Counted from the first letter of the stretch, positions 46,245 through 56,864 are shown. The stretch: 64,000 bases of DNA from Anaerolineales bacterium (GCA_016932165.1 JAFGDK010000103.1:28068-92067), one strand, 5' to 3'. Notes: generated by a model not told the origin, from the sequence alone. Numbers and translations are program-made.

Positions 46245-47393
46245 ATGGATTTTGAACTCAACCAAGAACAACGCATGTGGCAAAACACCGTCCACGATTT
46301 TTGCGACCAGCACATACGCCCCTATGCGGCGGAATTCGATGAAAAAGCCGAACCGATGAAAATGACCTTCAGAAAAATGGGGGCATTGGGGTTACTGGCG
46401 CTGAATATCCCTGAAGAATTTGGCGGCGCTGGTATGGATGCGGTCAGTGCAGCGATTGCGATAGATGAACTGGGGTACGCAGACGGCGGTACTGCCCTTT
46501 CGATCGCTGCCCACAATGGATTGGGGTGTGCCCCAATCTCAATGTTTGGCAGCCAGATGCAAAAAGAGGAATGGCTGCCCGGCCTGTCCAGTGGAGAAAG
46601 CGGACTGGGAGCCCTGGCCTTGACTGAACCGGGTGCTGGGTCTGATCTTGTCCGCGGGCTGTCTACCCGGGCAGAACTAGACGGCGATTCCTGGGTGATC
46701 AACGGCAGCAAGGCCTGGATCACCAATGCCAGCCTGGCCCCGGTGATCATCACCCTTTGCCGGACTGATCCAGAGGCTGGCACGGCCGGGTTCAGCCTGA
46801 TCCTGGTTCCATCCGGTACTCCCGGCCTGCATATCCATCCTTCTGAGAAAAAAATGGGGGTCCGCTCATCACCCACCCACGCGCTCACTTTTGAGAATGT
46901 CCGCGTCCCTGCAGCAAACGTGCTCGGGGAAGCCGGACAGGGGCTCTACCAGACCCTGCAAATCCTTGATGGAGGGCGGATCAGTATTGGGGCGTTATCG
47001 CTGGGAATCGCACGCGCGGCGCTGGATGAAGCGATCCGCTATGCCAAGGAAAGGGAACTGTTCGGCAAACAGCTAGCCGATCTGCAGGCCACCCGCTTTA
47101 AACTCGCCGATTGCCAGGTCGAGATCGATGCTGCCCAGCTTCTGGTCTACCGCGCTGCCTGGCTAAAGGAAGAAGGAAAACCTTTCACGCGTGAAGCCGC
47201 AATAGCGAAACTGTATGCCACGGAGATGGCTGAACGCGTCTGCCGGGAAGCAATCCAGATTCTCGGCTCTTACGGCTACAGCCGGGAATATCCGGTAGAA
47301 CGGATGTACCGCGATGCCCGTTTAATGACTATTGGTGAAGGCACCAGTGAGGTGCAGCGGATGGTTATTGCCAAGCGGGTAATAAGCGGTTAG
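46245..47393 (+). CDS. acyl-CoA dehydrogenase
   Basis: ACAD N, middle and C domains. Catalytic-base context YRDARLMTIGEGTSEVQRMVIA at the C-terminus. Confidence 0.85.
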   Translation: MDFELNQEQRMWQNTVHDFCDQHIRPYAAEFDEKAEPMKMTFRKMGALGLLALNIPEEFGGAGMDAVSAAIAIDELGYADGGTALSIAAHNGLGCAPISMFGSQMQKEEWLPGLSSGESGLGALALTEPGAGSDLVRGLSTRAELDGDSWVINGSKAWITNASLAPVIITLCRTDPEAGTAGFSLILVPSGTPGLHIHPSEKKMGVRSSPTHALTFENVRVPAANVLGEAGQGLYQTLQILDGGRISIGALSLGIARAALDEAIRYAKERELFGKQLADLQATRFKLADCQVEIDAAQLLVYRAAWLKEEGKPFTREAAIAKLYATEMAERVCREAIQILGSYGYSREYPVERMYRDARLMTIGEGTSEVQRMVIAKRVISG

Positions 47394-47452
47394 TTGCCAG
47401 TCAAATCGTCTATAAGTCAGCCAGCCTTTTGGGCTGAATGAAGAATATTCAT

Positions 47453-47824
47453 TCAGCCTTCCGGCTGTCGGACTAATTCATTCTGCTTTAAGATCAACAG
47501 CAGAAACAAAACAACATCCACCAGCACTGTGGCATAGTCCAACAAGCCCGCCTGGTCAGTGAAGGTGGCAATCATATTGATCACCAGCAGTACCAGGGCA
47601 AACAAATATCCCCAGATGGTGCGTTTGCCAAGCCACCAGGCAGCCAATCCCATCAAGACAGCATTCCCCAGCACCATCAGGGCGATCAGCAGTAAGGCGG
47701 TAGAATCTGCCCCACTATCCAGCCATACCAGACTGAACAACCCAATGACCAGCCAGATAACCATATTGAGCAGGAAAAGCCCCTGCGCTATTCTGACAAC
47801 CCTGTTTCTGGTATCTTCAGCCAT
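47453..47824 (-). CDS. small hypothetical membrane protein (3-4 TM)
   Basis: 123-aa hydrophobic protein with no recognisable motif. Confidence 0.4.
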   Translation of the reverse strand: MAEDTRNRVVRIAQGLFLLNMVIWLVIGLFSLVWLDSGADSTALLLIALMVLGNAVLMGLAAWWLGKRTIWGYLFALVLLVINMIATFTDQAGLLDYATVLVDVVLFLLLILKQNELVRQPEG

Positions 47825-47843
47825 GCTATAAGATGCTAACTAG

Positions 47844-48020
47844 TTAATTTTTCCATATTGAAACAAATAACATCACAATGAGAAGTGGAGAAAATCCGCA
47901 ACACACAGAGTAAGTATCGGAGAAAATGGTATCTTTAAACATACCACAGCCTGCCAGAGTTACAGATAACCCAACCACGAGCAGAGTTGTTGTCAACAAG
48001 ATTTTTAGTTTTTTAGTCAT
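47844..48020 (-). CDS. possible 58-aa lipoprotein (below the ORF-track cutoff)
   Basis: ATG preceded by GAGGAGGAG. The product is MTKKLKILLTTTLLVVGLSVTLAGCGMF... with lipobox LAGC. Confidence 0.35.
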   Translation of the reverse strand: MTKKLKILLTTTLLVVGLSVTLAGCGMFKDTIFSDTYSVCCGFSPLLIVMLFVSIWKN

Positions 48021-48050
48021 TCAAACTCCTCCTCAGACTTGGTGCCATTT

Positions 48051-50432
48051 TTATGGCACCCAGCCTTCCGCGTAATTACTGTTTATTCTCGCTGAGTTTC
48101 TATTCACACACAGCAGATCGATATCCCAGAACTCCTCATCACCATGGGTGCGGAAATTGGTATAAACATGCCAGTTATTATTCTTTATGTAAGGGTATGC
48201 CTCAAGGATATCTCCGGTATCATTCTCATTGATGTCGCCGTACAGGGCTTCCATTCCAACTATCCCGCAGGCCCACTGGGAAGCGTTCATCCCCGTGTCA
48301 CGGCTGACCCCGCCGCGGATCATTTCCAATCGGACTAACCTGAACACATTCGGATCATTGTGGACGCAAAGCACATCTACATCCCAGACCTCCGCATGAT
48401 CCCCATGGGTGTTGAAATTTGCGGTCAGTTCCCACTCGCCATCACTGTTTTTAGATGTAAATGCCTTAATAATATGTTGCCCTTGCCCATCTTCATTGAT
48501 ATTCCCATTCCAGGCACCAATCCCCACCACACCGCACAGCCGGTTATCGGGTATTCCGAGGCCGCTCAGACTGACTGTGTCGCTCCCATTTGGTTCTACC
48601 CGCACCCGCCGGTAGATATTGTACCCATCGGCATCTGCCTTGCGCATGCACATCACGGAGAAGTACCAGGTCTCTGAATTTTTGTGTGTCTTGAAATCAG
48701 CGTTCAGATACCAGGTATTGCCTTCAGGGAGCAGATTGGCATAGATGATATTGCCAAACCCGCCTTCCTCGATATCTCCATGCAAGGCAGCCATGCCAAC
48801 GATGCCGCACTCATGTTGCTCTGATGAAATTCCAGTATTCAGATGAACCGGCGGGTTTAAACCCGCGAAGGTAGTGAAGACAACCGAATTTGGTGGGAAA
48901 TCGGGTGTGGCTATCAGAAACATTGGAGCCATCTCCAAGATTAACGGGGAAAGAGGGATATACACCAAAGGCTGGTCAACGACAACCTCTCTGCTTGCCA
49001 AAGAAAAGCCCAGATCATTCTCCACCTTCAGACTGACTGAATAAGTTCCGGCAGTCTCGAAAGCATGATCTGCATCCTTGGTAAATACCGGCAAGCCTTC
49101 TCCGAAATTCCACGTCCAACGCAAGGGGTCACCCGAAGACGTATCCACAAAGGAAACTTCAAGAGGAGCATCTCCGGTTTCAGGCAGCATCACAAAGCTG
49201 GCTTCCGGCAGCGGGCCCGGGATCGAGACCACGGGGACAGGGATTGCATTCCGCGTGACAGAACTGGCCGGCACCCAAGCTTCTGTCCCATCATAATCAA
49301 TCTGGAACCAGCTGCCGTCCCCGTTCTGACCAAGCACCTCATACTGGGCGCCATTCTCCGCGCCGCCAATCACGTGATAGTTTGTTCCCGGCCCTTTGAG
49401 CACATCCACCGCAGGGGTATTGATCGTCAGCATGGCCACTGGCACTGCGGTCGGGATGATCTCTTGCCCGGGGAAGACCACGGAAAGCGCATTGGTGATC
49501 TCTGCACCAGGCCAGTGGAATACCACCCTGGACCGTTCGGGGACAGTGGAAAAATCAATTCCCTGCAAGTTCAGCTGTATCTGGTAGGGGCTGGTCAGGA
49601 AGGGGTACAGTGCGGCTGTTTCAACCTGGTTGCCGGCTTCATCCACGATATAGGCGGTGGGCAAATTGGCCTGCTCATAGTTGTAGCCGCTGATCTTGAT
49701 CACCGCGTCGGTGAAGACAATCACCTCTCCCACCTCTTCCAGGTTGACCTGATCGGGGATGATCTGGCAAACCCAGGGTACAGGAACGTCATCATCCGGG
49801 CTTTCACCTGATATGATCTCCCGCAATTGTCCCACCAGGGTGCGGCCGATAAACTCGTCCACCGTCTCCCCGGCACGCGCCCCGAGAAAATCCACGTTGC
49901 AGCGGAACTCGATGCCAACTGTGGCTACCACCTGTTGAGAATTTACCCTGGCATCTTCCATCAGCGCGCTGACCTCATCAGCGATATCCGAAGCTACATT
50001 GGAGGTCGAAGTCTCCAACACCTGGATGATCTCGGTCATTGTATCTTCCCACTGGCCAGGCATATCTTCGATCGTATCGATCAGGCTGTTGACGGTGGCA
50101 TTCGTCTCCGGGTCTAGCCCCAGCTTGATCCCCACACCTTCCTCAATGATACCCAGCAATGCGTCCACCCGGTCGAGAGTATTCTGCTTAAATCCAAACT
50201 CTAAACCTTCAGCAATGGTATCGTTGAGTTCCTCGATCATCGCCCGGGTTTCAGGGCCGATCTCTACCCCTCGGTCCAGCATCTCGTTGATGTCGTCAAT
50301 CCGGCTGAGGGTATCTGGACCCAACTCTGATGTGGTTTCGATCTCAAAATGGCTTGGCACAAGGTTGCAGGCTGTGGTTATTGCCAGGATCAACAGAATG
50401 GTGACAACTCGGAAAAAGATTTTCTCTCGCAT
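48051..50432 (-). CDS. large secreted lipoprotein with a PKD domain and three tandem ~85-aa Cys-containing repeats of unknown family
   Basis: Start taken at the internal Met (MREKIFFRVVTILLILAITTAC, lipobox). PKD-like segment PLEVSFVDTSSGDPLRWTWNFGEG. Three C-terminal repeats share the pattern CG[IV]VG[MI].A..G[DN]I.E.G.G.I......W.....F.TH......D...[MLC]C. Confidence 0.6.
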   Translation of the reverse strand: MREKIFFRVVTILLILAITTACNLVPSHFEIETTSELGPDTLSRIDDINEMLDRGVEIGPETRAMIEELNDTIAEGLEFGFKQNTLDRVDALLGIIEEGVGIKLGLDPETNATVNSLIDTIEDMPGQWEDTMTEIIQVLETSTSNVASDIADEVSALMEDARVNSQQVVATVGIEFRCNVDFLGARAGETVDEFIGRTLVGQLREIISGESPDDDVPVPWVCQIIPDQVNLEEVGEVIVFTDAVIKISGYNYEQANLPTAYIVDEAGNQVETAALYPFLTSPYQIQLNLQGIDFSTVPERSRVVFHWPGAEITNALSVVFPGQEIIPTAVPVAMLTINTPAVDVLKGPGTNYHVIGGAENGAQYEVLGQNGDGSWFQIDYDGTEAWVPASSVTRNAIPVPVVSIPGPLPEASFVMLPETGDAPLEVSFVDTSSGDPLRWTWNFGEGLPVFTKDADHAFETAGTYSVSLKVENDLGFSLASREVVVDQPLVYIPLSPLILEMAPMFLIATPDFPPNSVVFTTFAGLNPPVHLNTGISSEQHECGIVGMAALHGDIEEGGFGNIIYANLLPEGNTWYLNADFKTHKNSETWYFSVMCMRKADADGYNIYRRVRVEPNGSDTVSLSGLGIPDNRLCGVVGIGAWNGNINEDGQGQHIIKAFTSKNSDGEWELTANFNTHGDHAEVWDVDVLCVHNDPNVFRLVRLEMIRGGVSRDTGMNASQWACGIVGMEALYGDINENDTGDILEAYPYIKNNNWHVYTNFRTHGDEEFWDIDLLCVNRNSARINSNYAEGWVP

Positions 50433-50638
50433 CGGTGATTTCTCCCTTATCCCCAGAAAGGAACTTTGTGGTAATGATAATTGTGGTGTCTTTTTCACAT
50501 CATACACCAAATTTTGGTTGATTCTATAGTTCTGGAGTCAGGAATTGACATAAAACGGTGTGATAGCACTTACCCAGGTTAAAAAAATAGGGACAGGTTC
50601 CAACCTGCCCCTACACCTGTAAACCAGCATGGATTGCC

Positions 50639-52495
50639 TCACCCAGCCAATTTGGCCCTGATCCAATCCTCGATTGCAGCTTCCAGGGTCTCCAGCGGCA
50701 TACTGCCGTTATTCAGGATTACCGAATGGAACTCGCTGAGCACAAAATCATTCCCCAGGGATTCCTCGGCCTTCTCTCGCATTGCCATGATCTCGATCTT
50801 GCCCACCAAGTAGGCTGTGGACTGTGCCGGGTAGGCAATATAGCGCATGATCTGGTTTTCGGAAAAACCGCGAGAGAATCCTGAATTTTCCACCATATAA
50901 TCGACCGACTGGCTGAAATCCCATCCCATCATGTGGATGCCGGTATCCACCACCATGCGCACCGCCCGCAGGGCTTCGTACTGCAAGCGCCCCAGGTCAC
51001 CGTAGGGGTCATCGTCATACCACCCCAGGTCATAAGCCAGGTACTCAGCGTACAGCGCCCAGCCTTCCACAAAACCGGTGAAGTTCATCAAATTCCTAAA
51101 AAGCGGCAGGTCCGCCATCGCTGCCAGGGTGATCTGGTAATGATGACCGGGAATACCCTCATGATATGCCAGCGAGCGCATCTTATACACCGCTTCCGGT
51201 GCAGTAATCAGGGCATAAAATTTTCCAGGGCGGGAGCCATCCATCGAGCCGGGAGAATAAAACGCGCCTGCATTCCCACCAACGACCTCCAGCGCCCCTG
51301 CAGGGCGGGTCTCGAAATATGAAGGTACAAGCTGGTCAGCTTCTGCCAGAATGCGCTCATACTCAGTTGTGATCGCATCACCGGTTAGATAACCAGAGTC
51401 ATCTGCAAGCCGCTGGTAGAGCTGTTCAATACTCTCATTCTCCGGGTAGCCCAGGGCGACAAACCTCTCCCGCATTTCTTTCTGAATGCGCTCAACCTCT
51501 GCCAGTCCCCGCGCATGGATCTCCTCAGCGGTCATCTCAGTGGTGGTAAAATGACGCAGCTGCCGCTGGTAATACTCCGCGCCGCCATCGTAAGCCGAGA
51601 TCCCCAGAACATCAGGCGCCTGAGACTGAAGCGCAGCCAGCTTCTCATCCAGCCGATCAAAGGCAGGAAAGACTTCCTCCTCCAATGCTTGAATCAACTC
51701 CTCTTCCAACTTTGAATAGGTATTATCATCGAGCACAGATGGGGCCTTTTGCGAAAAGGCATACTTGAGCGGGGACGCAAGAGCGCTTCTGCCTAGCCAT
51801 TGTTTGAGATCCGAGCGGCCATATTCCAGTACAATGCGCGGCGGGATCACCCCGGCATCTTCCTGCACCTCAATCTGGGCGATCAACTGATCAATCTTTT
51901 CATCCAGCAGGTGGATCCGAGCCACATACCCCTCGGCATCTTGGGTGGAATTGAATGGATGTGAATCAGTAAAAAATATCAAATACAGCTGCGGGGCGCT
52001 ACGCACACTCATCGGGCTGACAAGGTATTTAAATTTGGCATCCTGATACAACTGGATGGCGTCTTCCAGATACCACTCAAATACCTGATAAGAAATTTGG
52101 TCCTCCGGTGTGAGAGATGCAAAATCATATTCCCGCAACAGATTCAATAATTCCCGGTTGATCTGGTCATCCACAGCCAGCGCTTGCGGGCTGACATCCG
52201 TCAATACCGGCTCCGAAGGACCGATCCCCTTCAGACCCAACTCCAGCACCAATTCCGGATCGCGCTCCAGGATGAGGTAAAATGCCTGCTGGTAAAAATC
52301 CCCAATGCTCAGCCCGGCCAGATGAGCAGTTAGTTCTCCGGCAACAGAGATCTGTTCTTCACTATCCTGACTGGATTGGTTATAATTTTCCCCCGGCACC
52401 TCTTCACTGTTAGGAGCAGGCGCACCGACCAGCTGACTGCTGCAACCAGCAAGCAAACCGAACAGGATCAGGATAAAAAGTGATTTCTTCAGCAT
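50639..52495 (-). CDS. DUF885-family lipoprotein (putative metallopeptidase-like)
   Basis: Lipobox LLAGCSS. Conserved HEGIPGHHYQ motif characteristic of DUF885. ~600 aa. Confidence 0.5.
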   Translation of the reverse strand: MLKKSLFILILFGLLAGCSSQLVGAPAPNSEEVPGENYNQSSQDSEEQISVAGELTAHLAGLSIGDFYQQAFYLILERDPELVLELGLKGIGPSEPVLTDVSPQALAVDDQINRELLNLLREYDFASLTPEDQISYQVFEWYLEDAIQLYQDAKFKYLVSPMSVRSAPQLYLIFFTDSHPFNSTQDAEGYVARIHLLDEKIDQLIAQIEVQEDAGVIPPRIVLEYGRSDLKQWLGRSALASPLKYAFSQKAPSVLDDNTYSKLEEELIQALEEEVFPAFDRLDEKLAALQSQAPDVLGISAYDGGAEYYQRQLRHFTTTEMTAEEIHARGLAEVERIQKEMRERFVALGYPENESIEQLYQRLADDSGYLTGDAITTEYERILAEADQLVPSYFETRPAGALEVVGGNAGAFYSPGSMDGSRPGKFYALITAPEAVYKMRSLAYHEGIPGHHYQITLAAMADLPLFRNLMNFTGFVEGWALYAEYLAYDLGWYDDDPYGDLGRLQYEALRAVRMVVDTGIHMMGWDFSQSVDYMVENSGFSRGFSENQIMRYIAYPAQSTAYLVGKIEIMAMREKAEESLGNDFVLSEFHSVILNNGSMPLETLEAAIEDWIRAKLAG

Positions 52496-52871
52496 TTTTC
52501 TCCTCTCAGACTGCCCCGTAGTGACTTGGTATATTCATCTTAGAGCACAAATACGGCGATCAAATTAATAATCTGATTAGAGTCTGGATTGATGCAAATG
52601 ACAGACACCCCTCCAAAGGGGGTAATGTTTTTTAATTATCTGTCAATAATACTAACGTGACAGAAATAACCCACACCTTTGTTCCGGGTGTTGAATGAAG
52701 GATTGCAAGTAATGAATTAAAGCCCATTGAACTCGATCAACAAAGAGAAAACCATGGACATGCAAACGGTCTACAACTTCGTAAGCCAATAAGATGCCCA
52801 ACACAGCCAGGAAGGCGTACAGAAGATGGTGGATGCAGGACAATCTGCAGAGAGCATCTAGCAAAATACGT

Positions 52872-55298
52872 TTATCGCTTCCGTGATCGGATCAATTCTC
52901 GCAAACCCTTGAAGAACCGCCCGTTCAACATCTCCAGCACAGATACCAACATTCCCCGGCTGATTTTATCCCCGCCAGCCATTAAAATCCCACGCAGGGG
53001 CATTTCCGCCATCATCGCTTCCATCAGTAAGGTTGTGGGGGAATCCTGATCATCGCCCATTTCTTTTTTACCAAGACTGCTGATCAGATTGAATAAGACC
53101 CGTCCGATAAACGAATCCTTCATATCTTTCAACGGGGTGTTCATCGTGAATTCACCCTTCCTGGGAAGTTGATTCACTGGCAGCGGCCGACCCAACAGGG
53201 CTTGAAACGCCTCCTGGCTAACCGGCGCTCCTTTGGGGAAGTTGTAATACACAGACAGATTATCTTTGTCCACATCTGGCGCTTCTGGTTGGGAAGATAC
53301 TACTTCCACTTCGCCTTTGAGGCGCAGATCCCTTGAAGATGCGCCTATCAGGATTTCGAAGCTACCCGATTCTACATGCCAGCGGTCCAATTCGGTGTTG
53401 TAAAAAGCAAACGCTCGTTGGCTTAGTTCAATGGAAATCTGTTTTTCCTCCCCTGGCTCCAGGCTGAGCTTGGCAAATCCCTTGAGTTCCTTTTCGGGGC
53501 GGAAGACGGTCGATTCTACATCCCGCACATACACCTGCACCACTTCCTTCCCGGCCAACCCGCCGGTGTTCTTCACCTTTAGACTGACGGTCAGATTTTC
53601 TGTGTCCGAGATCTGCGGACTGCTCAAAACCAGGTCACGGTATTCAAAAGTGGTATAACTCAGCCCATGCCCAAACGGGAAGAGCACTTCCTCGTTTACA
53701 CTATCAAAATAGCGGTAGCCCACATAGATGCTCTCGCGGTATTCTACGGTGGCGGGCCCCATAGGGAAGTATGGGTGTGAGGGGTTATCTTCCAGGTGAA
53801 TGGGAAAGGTTTCCGCCAATTTGCCGCAGGGGGTGACCCGGCCAGTTAAAATATCGGCCAGCGCACCCGCCCCGGCCTGCCCGCCGAGATAGCCTTCCAG
53901 GATAGCTGGCACATCGTCGACCCAGGGCATCTCCACCGGCGCCCCGTTGCTCAGCACTACCACCACTTTCTCAAATTCGGCTGCCAGCCTTTCGATCAAA
54001 GCATCGTGCCCCGGCGGCATCTTCATGTGTGTGCGGTCCAGCCCTTCGGTCTCATACAGATCGGTCAGTCCAGCGCAGACCAGGACCACATCCGCATCTC
54101 TGGCTGTATACACCGCCTCGGAAATTAAAATTTCGTCCGGGTAATCCGCCCTTTTGGTGTATCCCGGCGCATAGCTGACCTGCTCCTCGCCGACCAGCTT
54201 GACCAGTTCAGCGTAGAAATTATCCAGCCGGGACGGGTTCATCAGCGAGCTGCCCGCCCCCTGATAGCGTGGCTCTTTGGCAAACCGCCCGATCACGGCA
54301 ATCCTGATTCCCCCCTTCAGAGGCAGTAAGCCACCCTCATTTTTCAGCAGCACCGCCCCTTCCGCAGCCACGATACGAGCAAGCCGGTGATGTGTCTGGG
54401 CATCATAGACATAATCTTCTGACAGCGTCTTTTGTGCCTTGAAGATCATCGCAAGAATGCGTTCTACGGCTGCATCCAGCACGGATTCATCCAGAATCCC
54501 AGACTTCACCGCATCAACGATCAATTCATCGTTGCCGTTGTTTGCCCCGGGCATCTCCAGTTCCACCCCGGCTTTCAACGCCGGCACGCGTTCGTTCATC
54601 GCCCCCCAATCGGAGACCACCAGGCCCTCATGGCCCCATTCCTCCTTGAGGATCTCAGCCATCAAATGGGGGTGCTCGCAGCAGTAGGTGCCGTTCACGC
54701 GGTTGTAAGCGCCCATCACCGTCCACGGCTGGGCTTCTTTCACCGCGATCTCAAATCCCGCCAGGTAGATCTCCCGCAGGGCGCGCTCATCGACCAGTGC
54801 ATCGATCGACATGCGGCGGGTTTCCTGGTTGTTGACCGCATAATGCTTCAAAGATGTCCCCACCCCCTGGCTCTGCACCCCGTTGATATAACTCTTGGCC
54901 ATCTCTCCGCTCAGGTAGGGATCCTCAGAGAAATATTCAAAGTTACGACCGCATAAGGGCGATCGTTTGATGTTCGCCCCTGGTCCAAGGATCACCGACA
55001 CCTTCTCCTGGCGGCATTCCTCTCCCAGGGCTGCACCCACCTGATAGAGCAGGTCTCGATTCCAGGTTGCTGCCAAAGCTGATGCTGTCGGGAAACAAGT
55101 GGCAGGCAAGCTCTCGTTAAGGCCAATATGATCAGCCTGATCCAGTTCTTTACGCAGACCGTGCGGCCCATCGGCAACCATCACCCGAGGAATACCCAGC
55201 CGGTCAATCCCTTTCAACTCCCAGAAATTCTTACCAGAACAAAGTGAGGCTTTCTCCTCAACTGTCATCTGTGAAATAAGTCCTTTGATATCCCTCAT
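52872..55298 (-). CDS. glycoside hydrolase family 3 beta-glucosidase (BglX-like) with a C-terminal FnIII-like domain
   Basis: DGPHGLR, KHYAVNNQE and GLVVSDWGA (the SDW nucleophile region). 808 aa. Confidence 0.85.
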   Translation of the reverse strand: MRDIKGLISQMTVEEKASLCSGKNFWELKGIDRLGIPRVMVADGPHGLRKELDQADHIGLNESLPATCFPTASALAATWNRDLLYQVGAALGEECRQEKVSVILGPGANIKRSPLCGRNFEYFSEDPYLSGEMAKSYINGVQSQGVGTSLKHYAVNNQETRRMSIDALVDERALREIYLAGFEIAVKEAQPWTVMGAYNRVNGTYCCEHPHLMAEILKEEWGHEGLVVSDWGAMNERVPALKAGVELEMPGANNGNDELIVDAVKSGILDESVLDAAVERILAMIFKAQKTLSEDYVYDAQTHHRLARIVAAEGAVLLKNEGGLLPLKGGIRIAVIGRFAKEPRYQGAGSSLMNPSRLDNFYAELVKLVGEEQVSYAPGYTKRADYPDEILISEAVYTARDADVVLVCAGLTDLYETEGLDRTHMKMPPGHDALIERLAAEFEKVVVVLSNGAPVEMPWVDDVPAILEGYLGGQAGAGALADILTGRVTPCGKLAETFPIHLEDNPSHPYFPMGPATVEYRESIYVGYRYFDSVNEEVLFPFGHGLSYTTFEYRDLVLSSPQISDTENLTVSLKVKNTGGLAGKEVVQVYVRDVESTVFRPEKELKGFAKLSLEPGEEKQISIELSQRAFAFYNTELDRWHVESGSFEILIGASSRDLRLKGEVEVVSSQPEAPDVDKDNLSVYYNFPKGAPVSQEAFQALLGRPLPVNQLPRKGEFTMNTPLKDMKDSFIGRVLFNLISSLGKKEMGDDQDSPTTLLMEAMMAEMPLRGILMAGGDKISRGMLVSVLEMLNGRFFKGLRELIRSRKR

Positions 55299-55517
55299 CT
55301 TCTCTCCATGGTTTTTTTAAATTATCCCACAACTTTCAGCTCACATTCTGAAGGATCATATAAACACGAGGATACAGATTTGACCGAAGCACTTGCCTTG
55401 ATTAAGTAGATCACAGGTAATTTCATGGCAGCTGAAAGCGACTATTTGCTTGGTATGACCAGTGCTTATGTGCACATGAAAATTACTAATCACCATTATC
55501 GTTTAGGAGATTTCAAA

Positions 55518-56324
55518 GTGAAAGTTAAAGGTAAAGTATTTCTGGTAACAGGTGGGGGAAGCGGGATAGGGCGCGCACTGGTTATCGATTTAGTCAATCG
55601 AGGAGCAGAAGTTGCCGCTTTGGATATCAACGCTGACACCCTGGAGGAAACTAAAGCGCTGGCCGGAGAACTCGGCGACAAAATTTCGACCCACATCGTT
55701 AATGTCTCAGATCGGGAAGCCGTGGAAAAGCTGCCTGAAAAGATGATTGAAAAACACGGCGCCATCGATGGGATCATCAACAACGCGGGGATCATCCAGC
55801 CTTTCGTACCGGTAAAAGACCTGGATTATGAAACCATTGATAGAGTGATGAGTGTGAACCTTTTGGGCCCACTATATGTGACCAAGACGTTCCTCCCCCA
55901 TCTCCTTGTAAGGCCTGAAGGCCATATCGTGAATGTATCCAGCATGGGCGGGTTCTTCCCATTCCCCGGTCAAACCATCTACGGCGCGACAAAAGCAGGC
56001 GTGAAATTACTGACTGAGGGCTTGCATTCCGAGCTGAGTGATACCAATGTCAGGGTAACGGTAGTTTTCCCAGGTGCCATTGAAACCAATATCAACAAGA
56101 ATTCAGGGATCACCATGGAACGGCAATCCGAGAATGGGTCAAGCGCATTGAAACCGCTGCCGGCTGAAGAAGCGGCCAGGATGATCATTGATGGAATCGA
56201 GGTAGATAAATACAGCATTCTGGTTGGGAATGATGCCAAAGTGATGGATAAGTTCTATCGCATCAGCCCACGGCGCGCCGCTGGTTTTATCAACAAACAA
56301 ATGAAGGGTTTGATTGCTCAATAA
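55518..56324 (+). CDS. short-chain dehydrogenase/reductase (SDR)
   Basis: TGGGSGIGRA cofactor motif. NNAG. YGATKAG is the YxxxK catalytic motif. Start taken at the GTG at 55518 preceded by AGGAG; the ORF is open to 55425. Confidence 0.8.
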   Translation: MKVKGKVFLVTGGGSGIGRALVIDLVNRGAEVAALDINADTLEETKALAGELGDKISTHIVNVSDREAVEKLPEKMIEKHGAIDGIINNAGIIQPFVPVKDLDYETIDRVMSVNLLGPLYVTKTFLPHLLVRPEGHIVNVSSMGGFFPFPGQTIYGATKAGVKLLTEGLHSELSDTNVRVTVVFPGAIETNINKNSGITMERQSENGSSALKPLPAEEAARMIIDGIEVDKYSILVGNDAKVMDKFYRISPRRAAGFINKQMKGLIAQ

Positions 56325-56355
56325 GCTGAGTCAATCTGCTGAGATGGACTAAAAA

Positions 56356-56385
56356 GCGGACAACCTTGGCCAGGTTGTCCGCTTT
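56356..56385 (+). terminator. hairpin terminator downstream of the SDR gene (GCGGACAACC-ttggcca-GGTTGTCCGC-TTT)
   Basis: Perfect 10-bp stem with a short U-tract. Confidence 0.55.
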
Positions 56386-56864
56386 CATTAATCTGATTCT
56401 TTCCTGCCCGATTACATTTAGAACTTAATTCCCATCGTCAGAATGATCACTTACATGGATCTGGTAATATCATCAAGAAATTGTGAAACAACGATTGGAT
56501 AAACAAACATGGCAGATGATATTTATCTGCAGCCCTGCATTATAGCTGGGTTAATGTTTCCAGATGAATTGCTCACTATAATGGGGTCATGGCTTTCTCA
56601 AAGAAAGGAATTGTCGGCGATGATAAAAAACTCCCTAACCCCCTGCCCCCTTCCCCAGCAACTGTGTTGATGAGTGAGCGGTTGCAAGTTTGCCGGGGAA
56701 GGGGAAGGTAAGCGTGAGGATGATATCTGATACACTTGGTGGATGTGGGTTCTGAAACCAGATGAATTTCTCGATAGTTGTCAAGCGACTTTGCGAATGC
56801 CATAATAACAGGGTAACATCTTTATCTACAATCAGGCGAAATGATCAAATATAAAGGATTTCCT

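Noticed and set aside
52652-52864. 70-aa minus-strand ORF between the GH3 glucosidase and DUF885 genes
   Set aside because: His/Leu-rich, with no start context and no similarity to anything I recognise. Likely intergenic.
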